Below, in pieces: positions 39,901 to 51,439 of a DNA stretch of 64,000 nucleotides. Below the pieces are notes generated by a model. That model worked only from the letters and a program-made list of their open reading frames with translations, was not told the origin of the DNA and made no database searches. The stretch comes from Octopus sinensis (lineage: Eukaryota). Numbering within the stretch: position 1 is the stretch's first letter; every line of letters starts with the position of its first letter. The stretch covers positions 93,806,001 to 93,870,000 of the forward strand of contig NC_042998.1 in the NCBI RefSeq assembly GCF_006345805.1. Reading direction: 5' to 3'. The position numbers and the translations under genes were made by a program.

Positions 39901-41290
39901 GTTCATCTTGGAGGATGTCCTGTCTATTGGTTCGTGCGTGCGTGCGTGCGTGCGTGCGTGTGTGGGTGTGGGTGGGTGTGAATTTGGTTGTGCGGGTGAT
40001 GATGGTGTCTATGATAGCAATGATGTTGGTGTAGCTGCTGTTGAAGTAGTGTTGGTGTTTAGTCGCTTAAACTCACCTCCTCCATTTTTTCGTTCTCCCA
40101 ATTTTGCTTGGTTGACGGCTTCCTTTATTCTCTATTTGTTACAGTTTTCCATTTCGGGTACTCGCCGTCACCTCCACTACACGACGTTGTGTCTGTGAGG
40201 TGGGAGTCGGGGAGACTCATGTTTTGGGGAGATTTGTGGTATTATATAATTGTTGTTTTGGGTGTTTGTGTTGCTGTTGTCTGTGATGTGACGGCCTTTG
40301 ATGGTAGCGTATTTTATGTTGGTTGTATTGCTGTTGCTGTTGTCGCTGCAGCTGTAGATGCTGCTTCCAGTTTTGTTGCTGGTGCTCGGGCGAAATGCGT
40401 AGCTGTATTTCGTCTGCCGTTACGTTCTGAGTTCAAATTCCGCCGAGGTCGACTTTGCCTTTCATCCTTCCGGGGTCGATTAAATAAGTACCAGTTACGC
40501 ACTGGGGTCGATATAATCGGCTTAATTCGTTTATCTGACCTTGTTTGTCCTCTCTACGTTTAGCCCATTGTGGGTAGTAAAGAAATAGGTGCTCTAGTCA
40601 CTGTTGCTTTTGATGTTGCTGTTGTTGTTAGTACTGTTTTGCAACTTGTTGTTGTTGTGACTGCATGCCATTGTTGATTCTGCTGATGTTTTTGTCGTTG
40701 ATGCTGTTGTAGTGACGGTATTGGCAGAAGTGCTGATGTTCTGTCTCTCCTTCTTTGCTGTGAACCAAAAGCCTTGAAACAGTTCGAGTCACCATACAAG
40801 TAACACCTCGGCCTTATATCCCCAACTTCCACTAAGTTCTATGCAGATTGGTCGATTGATTAAGTTTGTGATTCTATACTTTGCTGACCCGCTTGGATTA
40901 AAATCCCCGCCACTTGGCCTGACTAATTTTATTTCTGTAGCCTCTGAACCAGCAAAATATTAGTTTTGTCCTCTATATCGCAGAGGACAGTCACCACTAA
41001 CCAGCAGATGTTTATTTCTGGGGGCACATCGACTATCTTTATTTTACTATCCTACAGCCAAGGTAGATGATGTGAGAACTAATTTGTCACTTATGAGAGT
41101 TGTTGTCGAGTGTTTCCTGGCTGCATCCTCTATAGGGAATCTCGCCTTTACTGTGCTGTACTTTCCCCTGGCGACATATGTTTTGGTGCCACAGATTCAC
41201 CTGAAGTACATATCTCTTTGATGTTGTGTCACCTCTATTTTCCTACTTTTTGTTGCTAAGGTCTTGTATATCACAGTTTTGAGGTTGGTT
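36975..41290 (-). mobile_element. Decayed L1/Tx1-clade LINE (ORF1, APE endonuclease, RT, C-terminal zinc knuckle)
   Basis: Minus-strand VSAYADDVI at about 37915-37941; LRCSQNDETVLHALVQC near 37130-37190; ORF1-like IRPRCY motif at about 40800; many stops; SINE B inserted at 40385-40590. Confidence 0.7.
39259..39378. repeat. 60-bp tandem duplication inside the LINE
   Basis: GTCGCACACAGTTCAAG..GCATTAAAA twice, with one substitution. Confidence 0.9.
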
Positions 41291-41320
41291 TCTAGCTGGA
41301 GTGAAGGTGCGTGGCTTAGT

Positions 41321-41626
41321 GGTTAGGGTATTCTGCTAACGATTGTAAGGTCATGAGTTCGTTTCCTGGCGGTGCATTATGTCCTTGAGCAAGACCCTCT
41401 ATTTCACGCTGTTCCCCTTCACTCAGTCGGTAAAAATGAGTTTTACATGTAATTCAAAGGGCCAGCTTTATCACATTCTGTGTCATACTGAATCACCCTG
41501 AGAACTACTTTAATGGTACGCGTGTCTGTGGAGTACTCAGCCACTTGCACATTAATCTCGTGAGCAGAGTGTTCTGTTGATCAGATCAACTGGAATACTC
41601 ATCGTCGTGACCGACAGATTGCCAGT
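41321..41626 (+). mobile_element. SINE family C
   Basis: GTGGCTTAGTGGTTAGGG..GAGTTCGTTTCC..CCTTGAGCAAG..CTCATCGTCGTGACCGAC. Confidence 0.8.
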
Positions 41627-44204
41627 TCTAGCCGGATGGATTCCGAGATGTTGAACATGACTGGTGAGAATTTTTTTACACGTTTTAATTCTTTCAACAA
41701 TACGATAATTTCTTCTTCTCTCAGGCGAGTAGTGTCAGCGATTCTATTAATAATAGATTTGCAAATTGTCGCGTTTTCATTTTCTTGTGTTGGCATTGAT
41801 GGCGGTGGTGGTAGCGGAGGTAAAATGTGCAGTTATATTGAAAAGGCAATTTAATTTTTTCAGCTTTACGATTTTTTTTAGTGTATGTGTTATTTGTCTT
41901 TTTTCCACTGCAGATGCTGCTGCTTTCATTGTTGTTATTGCAGTTCTTGTTGTTTCTATCAACACTGGTGGTGGTGCTGGTGCTGGTACTTTATTTTAAA
42001 GATGGAAAGACAGCGTTGAAACTGCTCTTCCAGCATCTGGTCTCACTCCCTTGACTTTGTAACGTAACTTGTGTGTGTGAATATCTCTTGTGCACTTTTG
42101 GGGTGCACAAAGCAATCACTCTCACTAGCCGTTGCTTTAACAATCCAGATTCTCTACAAGTCAGAAACAACAAGACGCAGACGTGAAATATATATAACTA
42201 CTTTATTCTCTTTCTTGTTGACAATAACAATAAGTGTGTTATCTGATGTCCTTGATTCTGGGCGCGCAAGGCTGAAAGTTCATAGATTGTAATATTTACA
42301 ATGTCCAGCCGATGAAAACAGAAAGGGTCCAAGATGGCGTCGAACAATGGAGACGATGTTGGTCTGCAACAATTTTGGTTAAAAGTCTTCGGCCAAAGGA
42401 CTGCTAGAATCTAATCCTGACGAAGAGAATATATGCGTGACCGTCGCCGTCAATCGCTGGGTCCCAAGTCATTGGCTGCTGCTGCTAGCGGTCAAACGTT
42501 CTACGACCCCCTTGCCTCGCTAACTGCTACGTAGGCAATAGGGTCGTGCTACCGGTGGTTCGCGCATGCGCGAGAGGGGCCTTCCTTTCTGTGCCTTGGT
42601 AAAGGCACCAACACGCGCGAAATACAAATGGGCGGTGCGCGAGCGCGCGTTATAATATCACTACAAGGCTCCCCTCCAGTGCGTACGCACGAAAGGAAAC
42701 TTATTGTAGTGACTGCAAAACTCAAGGTGGACACCAGATAACCAAATAGCACACAATATAATAAGATGGCAAAATTTATAACATACACAAGAAATTTACC
42801 AAAGGAAAAAGAGAAAAAATACTCAATGAGCAAAAATCAAGAGTGCATGCATGAAAGTGTATACATCACAAAAGTATAAACCCTTCCGCTGAAGGGAGCG
42901 GAAGAAAAGGCAGAACTCACAGTTATTGAACCTAGGCGAAATTAAAATCCAACTTCTCTAAAGGTGGTTGATCCTGCAAAATAGCAGTTAAATCAATTGC
43001 TGCAGGAGAGGAAATGGAATTGACAGAAGCTCGCTAGTAACACAAAAGGCAAAAGTGCAAACATGCTGGTGTGATGCGCGACACAGATAATTTTCTGTTA
43101 ATTACGTGACCAACAGTGGTCTAACAGGGAAAAATAATTATGCCTATAAATCGGCGCAGCGCATTTGAACATCCGACGTCTATGAGTCGGGAAAAGAATT
43201 AGGCTAACGCAAACGTGTTGCAAAAAACAAGGCAATACACGTGCGAAGCAAAAGGCGCATGAAATGCAATAGTGCTTGCCAGACCAAAAAACAGCAAGAA
43301 TATGCCAGTGGTTAAGCGATTATATGCTTCGTTCGTATAGGAACAAAAGTATGACATGCTGGCGCGTTATAATGGACAAACAACCCTCTCTATGTATACG
43401 TGACCGCCAGGGTCTATAGAAATGAGGGGTGTCCACAAAAGGCAAATTTAGCATGGAACAAACAAGCGAGAAAAGCTTGTGTGACGTATGTATGTGAGAG
43501 AGAGCATTTATGTGTGTGTACGTGTGTGCGACAGAAATACTTACAAGGTGAATGCGAGCAAAAATATAAAAAAAAATACAGCGCATAGAAAAAATGTCTC
43601 TCAAGGGCTATTCCAGACAAGAATTAATTTACCAGTCTGTAATAGCCTGATGTACAATAGCAGTTCGTTCTGTAACAGAAATGTTGAAATCACAAAATGC
43701 AGATGCCGGTTGAACACATATCGTGTAACGGTTGTGGCTTCGATGCTGTGACAGGTTAACTGGAACAGAAGAAATCTCGTAGATAGACGGTGCTGTGAAT
43801 CCTTGGTGTGCATATGCACAAACGGCAAGTGGACCAAACTTCCGCGAGTTGCTATGTACATCTTGGTGGAGGTCGACGGTGTTGAAAGGCGACGTTGGTG
43901 GTGGAAGGCGACTGTAGTGGACTTGGGACAACATCGTTCTTAGTGATGATGGCGACGAAGATAACGACGACGTGAAGTAGACAGACGACGATGTCGATGA
44001 CGAAGGTGGAGAAAAGGCATCGAATATATGATGGCGTCCGTCATCATGGCTGTAAAAGAAGAAAGAGGCTCCTTCTACTACTGTTTGTGGTGGCCGGAAA
44101 CAAATCGTCGAAAGATGAATGCGTAGTGTTAAATCGTGTTCCGACTTCGCAGAAAAAACTGGATTTTTTTTTTTGTTGATAAGTGATCTCTGGTTTTAGA
44201 CCAG

Positions 44205-44223
44205 AATCACGTCGGGGTCACCA
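44205..44223 (-). promoter_or_regulatory. Primer-binding site complementary to the tRNA-Trp 3' end
   Basis: + strand AATCACGTCGGGGTCACCA matches the 3' end of animal tRNA-Trp including CCA; 1 nt from the LTR. Confidence 0.85.
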
Positions 44224-44908
44224 CTGAAACGAACTTGGTGTGAGTGTGTATCCTCGTGCACTTTTGGGGTGCACAAAGCAATCACTCACTAGCCGTTGCT
44301 TTAATAATCCAGAATTCTACAAGTCAGAAACAACAAGACGCAGACGTAAAATATACATATAACTACTGTAACGTGAAAGGATCTATCATCGAAGCACTGG
44401 CAGGGTGTCGAGATCCTTTCTAGTCACATACAAAAATTCTTGTAGAAAACAAACAGACGAAACTCAGGTTAAAGGTGAACAGACAACTTGGTTTATTGAT
44501 TCATGGTTGTACGTTGTCTGATGGGGGAATAGACAGCCTCTGAGATACTGCTGGTGTTGGTCGTTGAGGTTGGTTGAAGTTGGTTGAAGCTGGTGTGTGG
44601 CTGTCAGAGCCAGGAAAACCGTGACCGATCGCAGTGCTGTCTTGAGCCGAAGAGGGCGATTTGAGGTTCGCGGGCTCGAGAGATGTTTTCCCGCACATGC
44701 GCATGGGGAAGACTTCCGGTGGCCACCCGGAAGTAGTCCCATTCTGCGCATGCGCGCCGAACCCTAACTGTAGCATCACTACAGGGCTCCCCTCCGAGTG
44801 CGAAGTACGGCAACCAGAATATTGTGGTGGTGCTGCAGAAAACAGAAGGCTTGCCGATCCCCCAGAAGACTTGGTACATACTATTATACAATAAGAAACA
44901 TTTTAAAG

Positions 44909-47900
44909 TTAAATGTAAATTGTTTTTGAAAGTTTCTTGGGCCAATGCACTGTTCTGCCCGATTTTGTAACATACGGTGTGCTCGGGGCACCCTTGACGG
45001 CGAGGGTGGTGTTGTAGGAGCCGGTGAAGGTGTTTTGTGCAGGTGAAGGCGTTTGTGCAGGTGAAGGCGTTTGTGCAGGTGAAAGTGTTGTTAAAGGTGC
45101 ATAGGTGGGTGTGTCAAGGTTGTCATCAAAAGATGAAGACGTCTCAAAATGTGCCTTTTTTAAACGGTCCACGGAAACGGTCTCCGAACGACCATTTATC
45201 TCAATCGTGAAAACCTTTGGTGTGCGAGAAAGCACACGAAAAGGTCCTTTATAGGGAGAAACAAGTGGCCCTTCACAGAATCGTCCCGAACAAAAACATG
45301 CGACCAGGTGTTCATATCCGGTGGAAGATGGGACGGTGGAGATTGCTTTCTGGGAAGCATGGGCGGAAGGTTTGAAAAATATTCCCGCAGTCTGGTGACA
45401 TAGGTCGCCGGATCATGGGGTGGGGAAGTGTCTGGCACCAACATCGTACCGGGCAATGCCAGTGTGGTACCATACAGCAGCTCTGCAGCAGAAAACCCCA
45501 GGTCTGCCTTGACAGCAGTCCGACCCCGAGAAGCACAATGGGCAGAAATTCGATCCAGGACTGTGGGTCCGAAGAGGCACGAAGAGCGGCCTTGAGCTGT
45601 CTATGGAACCGCTCAACCAATCCATTAGACGCTGGATGGTAGCTTGTGGTGTGGATATGGTGCATACCCAAAATTCGCGACAATTCGCGAAATAGCGAGG
45701 CCTCAAACTGTCGTCCACGATCAGTTGTCAATCGGGACGGGACTCCGAAGCGAGAAATCCAGTTTGAAACGAAAGCTCGCGCAACAGTCTCAGCAGAAAT
45801 GTCTGCTATCGGAATGGCTTCTGGCCAGCGGGAGAAACGATCGACACAAGTTAATAGATAAGAGAACCCGCGACTCACAGGCCATGGTCCAACCAGATCG
45901 ATGTGGACATGGCGAAAACGGGCCTCCGTGGGGGGAAATTGTCCAAGCGGGGCACGAACGTGCCGTTGAATCTTGGATCGTTGACACTTGGAGCAGGTGC
46001 GTGTCCAAGAAGTAATTGTGCGACGCATATTCGGCCAGAAAAAACGAGCAGTGATTAGTTTGAGGGTGGCAGCGATGCCAGGGTGTGATAAGGAGTGCAG
46101 TGCTTCAAACACTGAGCGTTGATGGGTCTCAGGCACCAGTGGCCTGGGAGATCCAGTTGAAGTGTCACAAAGAACGGTGCCTTCGGCTGACGGAAGCGGA
46201 AGGTAGGAAAACTGGCAACAGGAGAACTTGGGAGAAGTTAAATCTAACGACGCCAAAGGTGGCTGCTCCTGCGATATGGCAGCTAAGTCGATAGCAGCAG
46301 GAGACGAAAGGGCGCAAACTGGAAGGCGAGAGAGAGCGTCAGCAGAAACGTTCTCTTTTCCAGGTATGTGTCGAATGTTGCTAGTAAATTGAGAGATAAA
46401 ATCCAGGTGCCGAAAAGCACGGGGTGAGAGTTTGTCCGTTTTTGAAAACAGGGCAAACGTAAGGGGCTTGTGATCCGTATAGATCACAAAATCTCGCCCT
46501 TCAAGTTGATGCTGGAAATGACGAACCGATAGATAGATCGCTAGGAGCTCACGATCAAAGGTGCTGTATCGTCGTTCAGCTGGTTGCAGTTGACGGGAAA
46601 AGAAGGCTAGAGGTCGAACATGGTCATCCACTGTGTGTTGTAACACAGCGCCAATCGCAGTGTCCGATGCGTCCACAGTCAAAGAGAGAGAAGCACCAGG
46701 AACTGGATGTGCAAGCAAAGAAACAGAAGCCAGCTCCTTCTTAATGGACTCAAAGGCTGTCACTGCCTCAACAGAGAGGGTGACTTGACTGTCCTTTCTA
46801 GGAGAGTCCTTTAACAGCCTGGTGAGAGGTAGCAGCTTATCTGCACAACCGGGAATGAAGCGTCGGTAGAAATTGACCATCCCTAGATAATGCCTGAGCT
46901 GGCGCAAGGAAGTGGGGGGTGCGATGCGTTGAATGGCATCGACTTTTGACGAAAGGGGGCTGATTCCAGTCGAATCAATATGATGCCCTAAAAATCTAGG
47001 GAAGAGCGTCCGAAAACACACTTGTCGGGGTTTATGCGTATGCTATACGCGCGAAGACGCTGGAAGAGTTGAGAAAGGTGCCGGAGATGATTTTCTCGTG
47101 TGTCGCTCGCAATGAGTATGTCATCGACATAGGCAAACACAAAATCAAGACCGCGGACAACCTCATCAATGAAACGCTGGAAGGTGCTAGTAGCATTCCG
47201 CAAACCGAAACTCATGTACAAAAACTCAAAACACCCAAACGGGGTAGTGATTGCAGTTTTTGGAACGTCGGCTGGGTTGACCGGTATTTGGTGGTAAGCG
47301 CGTATCAGATCGACCTTCGAAAAATGGTACAACCATGGAGATTTGCTGTAAAGTCCCGGAGATTTCTAATCGGATAGCGATCGGCTATTGTGACGGCATT
47401 GAGGCGTCGATAGTCTCCAACCGGGCGAAAATCAGACTCGCCCTTTCGCGCCAAATGAAGGGGAGATGCCCATGGGCTGGTGGAGGGGCGTATAAGGCCA
47501 AGTTGAAGCATGTGCTCAAACTCGGCTCTGGCCGTTTTTAAGTCGGTCTGGCGCCAGGCGCCGGGGGCGTGAGAATACAGGTGGCCCATTGGTGGTGATG
47601 AAATGGAGGGTCGAGTGGGTGGGATTTTCCGGTTTAAAGGCAATGTCCACTAGCTCCGGAAATGAAACCAAAAGAGAGTGAAAAGGGTCTCCAGAGGTGG
47701 CAACAAAGAATGTCGGGCTAAGGACCGCAGTGGTGGAACTCCCAGTCGGTGTAGAGAGCGACGTCGTGCTATCAAGAAGCCTCCGACGCCTGACATCCAC
47801 CAATAGGTTAAACCTATCCAGGAAATCAGCGCCGAGAATAGGATGCGGGATGTCAGCGATGACGAAAACCCATCGAAAGTCTCGACGAAGGTTGAGGTTG

Positions 47901-48134
47901 AGGCGCAGCGAAATCTGACCGTAAGTGTTATGGGAGACGAGTCAATAGCATGCAAGACAATCGAAGAGCGCTTGGCTTGTCTGCAGCCAGACGAAGGGGC
48001 CAGATGCTGCAACAGGAGCCGGTGTCTACCATGAAGAATTTCTCCGACACCAGATCTTTTACAAAAACTGCACGATTTTTGGGAATGGCGATGGAAGAAG
48101 GTGACGTGCTCCCCTCCTCCGGACGTAGTTTTCC
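44909..48134 (-). pseudogene. pol: Gypsy pol (protease, RT, RNase H, integrase), broken by several 1-nt frameshifts in this assembly
   Basis: [76 protein letters not shown], spread over successive ORFs. Confidence 0.92.
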
Positions 48135-48606
48135 GAGGGCTTGAAAATGCACGGCTGGGTACACCGATCTGCCCTTTTGGTAGAGCGACTACGACTGCGT
48201 TGTCGGCGCTCGATCGCACGGGATAGATCGTCGATTCGCCGCGTGAGCGCATCAATCCGCTCGGTTAGTGAAATTTGCGCAGGGCCCCCTATACATGCAC
48301 AGAGGCCTCGCGATGGAGATGGATTCGGAAATTCCAGTATTCCATCGGCCATCGTGGCAATCTGAATATTGCTCTCCCCGAACGTGTGTTGCGGCGGAGG
48401 ATTTCTGCTTTCACAGACGCGTATGTGGCATCCGGGTGGGGACTTATTATTAGATCCCTGATCGATGCGGCGAGTCGGGGATGTAAGCCGGAATATAGCA
48501 GGTGCAACTGCTGCTGTGGAGAAATGGCATGTGCATCAAAATACCACTCCACTTGGGCAAACCACAGGCCCATATCCCCCGTAAATGAAGGCAAACCTGA
48601 AGCCAT
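48128..48606 (-). pseudogene. gag: Gypsy gag, apparently internally deleted and frameshifted
   Basis: LPSF..LWFAQVE.YF..IRDLI..Y..VK..IL, then MADGIL..RSRSRS..C..PC; only about 160 aa in total. Confidence 0.75.
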
Positions 48607-50124
48607 GCCTTTGTCGGAAGGAATCTGTGAGAAGGGGGCAGAAGGTATGGTCTAGAAGTGGAGAGAGAACACGTGGAACCGAGAAGGCAATTCAAAATTG
48701 TGTTTGTGTGTGCACCTCGTGGGTAGCAAAAAAAGGAATAGGTGTGTACAAGGAAAACAAAATACAGAAAAGGAAAAAAAATGAATGTGTGTGTGTTTTC
48801 TTTTTCTTTGTTTTTTTTTTTTTTGGTACTGTGTGCGATGAATAAGGCTATTTGACCCACCTCGCCGTGCTGAAAAGGAGAAAATAGGAAAATAAATGTG
48901 AATTTCCGCGCTCTTCGGCCCCCAAAAAAAACTTGTTCGCTGTGTCTTTTTCTATCCTGTTCTTTTTCTCAACTAGGGGTCACCAATTGTAACGTGAAAG
49001 GATCTATCATCGAAGCACTGGCAGGGTGTCGAGATCCTTTCTAGTCACATACAAAAATTCTTGTAGAAAACAAACAGACGAAACTCAGGTTAAAGGTGAA
49101 CAGACAACTTGGTTTATTGATTCATGGTTGTACGTTGTCTGATGGGGGAATAGACAGCCTCTGAGATACTGCTGGTGTTGGTCGTTGAGGTTGGTTGAAG
49201 TTGGTTGAAGCTGGTGTGTGGCTGTCAGAGCCAGGAAAACCGTGACCGATCGCAGTGCTGTCTTGAGCCGAAGAGGGCGATTTGAGGTTCGCGGGCTCGA
49301 GAGATGTTTTCCCGCACATGCGCATGGGGAAGACTTCCGGTGGCCACCCGGAAGTAGTCCCATTCTGCGCATGCGCGCCGAACCCTACACTGTAGCATCA
49401 CTACACTACTTTATTCTCTTTCTTGGTAAACAATAACAATGAGTGTGTTATCTGATGTCCTAGGTTCGGGCGCGCACCGCTATAAGTTAATAGATTGTAA
49501 TATTTACAATGTCCAGCCCAAAAACAGAAAGGGGTCAAAATGGCGTCGAACAGGGAAGTTGAAATGTGGTCGGCAACAATTTGGTTAAAGGTATTTCGGC
49601 CGACTGCTGCTAGAATCAAGCCCTGACGGAGAGAGAATATACGCGTGACCGTCGCCTTCAATCGCTGGTTCCCAAGTCATTGGCTGCTGCTGCTAGCGGT
49701 CAAACGTTCTACGACCCCCTTGCCTCGCTAATTGCTACGTAGGCAATAGGGTCGTGCTACCGGTGGTTCGCGCATGCGCGAGAGGGGCCTTCCTTTCTGT
49801 GCCTTGGTAAAGGCACCAACACGCGCGGAATACAAATGGGCGGTGCGCGAGCGCGCGTTATAATATCACTACAACTTTTTGCCAAAAAATTTAAGGCATT
49901 TTCTTGTTATTTTTTTTAATAAGTCAAAGCTACAAAATAAAACACAGATACCGTCCCGAAGGAGCGAAAATTTCATAAAGCCAAGTAGTCTCAGGTGATG
50001 GCAGCTAGTTTAATAACGAAATGGTTCAACATAAAAACCAAACAACGTTTTTGAAGAACAAAATAACAACTCATAAGCACCAAAACAACGCCTTTCTCTT
50101 GCATACAAATATTTTTTTTCCTGG

Positions 50125-50910
50125 GGACAAGTCGATTATATCAAGCCCAATATTCAACTGGTACTTTTTTCATCGACCCCAAAAGGATGAAAGACAAAGT
50201 TGTCCTCCGCAGGATTTGAACTCAGGCGATAAAGAGCTGGGAACAAATAATAAATACAAAAAAAAATCATTTTTCCGATGCTCTAATTATTTTTTCGGTT
50301 TAATATATCTAACTGGAGACTATTATTCTTTTCTACTCTAGAGTAGAAAAGGAGAGTATTTTGGGGGAAGCAGCCAGTCGATTAGATCGACCCAGTACGC
50401 AATTCGTACTTAATTTATCGAACCCGAAAAGATGAAAGGCAAAGTCGACTGCGGCGGAATTTGAATTCAGAACATAAAGACAGACGAAATACCTATTTCT
50501 TTACTACCCACAAGGGGATAAACACAGAGAGGACAAATAAGGACAGACAAACGGATTAAGTCGATTACATTGACCCCAGTGCGTAACTAGTACTTAATTT
50601 ATCGACCCCGAAAGGATGAAACGCAAAGTCGACCTCGGCGGAATTTGAACTCAGAACATAACGGCAGACGAAATACCTATTTCTTTACTACCCACAAGGA
50701 GCTAAACATAGAGGGGACAAACAAGGACAGACAAACGGATTAAGTCGATTACATCGACCCCAGTTAGTAACTGGTACTTAATTTATCGACCCCGGAAGGA
50801 TGAAAGGCAAAGTCGACCATGTCGGAATTTGAACTCAGAGCGTAACGGCAGACGAAATACCGCTAAGCATTTCGCCCGGCGTGCTAACGTTTTTGCCAGC
50901 TCGCCGCCTT
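50125..50910 (-). mobile_element. SINE family B concatemer (one head, about three body-tail units of about 184 bp) plus an adjacent partial copy
   Basis: Unit aagtcgattacatcgacccc..gacgaaatacctatttctttactacccacaagg..ggatt repeats at about 50375, 50557 and 50741; head GAGCTGGC at about 50895-50910. Confidence 0.85.
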
Positions 50911-51439
50911 ACTGGAGAGTATTATTGTAACAAGTTTAAATTAAGGGCGGAGAGCTGACAGAATCGTTAGCAGGGCATCTCTTCTGACATTTTTCTTTCG
51001 CAATTCAAATCTTGTCGAAGTCAACTTTACTATTCATCCTTCTGGAATTGATAAAATAAGTACCAGTCAAGTACTGGGGTCGATGCAATCGACTAAACCT
51101 CTTACCCAAATTGGTGAACTTTATTTTTGATATAATGGTCTAACTAAAGCACTCTTTGAAAAGTAAATTCAGTAGGCGCTTCTATAAAGACTCAGTCGAA
51201 TCTTGAGTTACTGTTCATTAACATAGCCCATTATTCAGTTGAAGTGCCTCACCTATAAGTGAAATGTGTTTTTTTTAATTCTCTTCATTTACTTTTCAAT
51301 ATCTAAAACATGTCTTTAAAACATTCATATCAAAATATATGTTCATATGTAATGCAGATTTCACATACAGTCCGAGTGAAGAGAGTGGAAGAACACCATC
51401 TGCAGGTTTACCTGTTACTCTGCTTGGAAGCAGTGCAAT

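Larger units (their letters stand above)
44367..49405 (-). mobile_element. Ty3/Gypsy LTR retrotransposon, CsRn1-like
   Basis: LTRs 44367-44783 and 48988-49405 differ by one indel as far as read by eye; TSD CTAC; PBS TGGTGACCCC (tRNA-Trp type); PPT GGAGGGGAGCCC; gag-PR-RT-RH-IN order. Confidence 0.95.
42058..49873 (-). mobile_element. Non-autonomous LTR retrotransposon (about 607-bp LTRs, 1.56-kb internal region without pol); 5' LTR split by a nested Gypsy element
   Basis: 3' LTR 42058-42665; 5' LTR 44225-44366 plus 49410-49873; TG..CA ends; 4-bp TSD ACTT (42054-42057, 49874-49877); PBS TGGTGACCCCGACGTGATT at 44223-44205; PPT GGAGGGGAGCCT at 42677-42666. Confidence 0.9.

Noticed and set aside
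39509-40563. 229-aa and 151-aa + strand ORFs
   Set aside because: Antisense to a decayed LINE, crossing simple repeats and a SINE, with no recognisable domain.
44205-44223. tRNA-Trp 3' sequence
   Set aside because: Only 19 nt including CCA and adjacent to an LTR, so it is a PBS and not a tRNA gene.
45415-48845. + strand ORFs over the Gypsy element
   Set aside because: Antisense shadows of GC-rich gag-pol.
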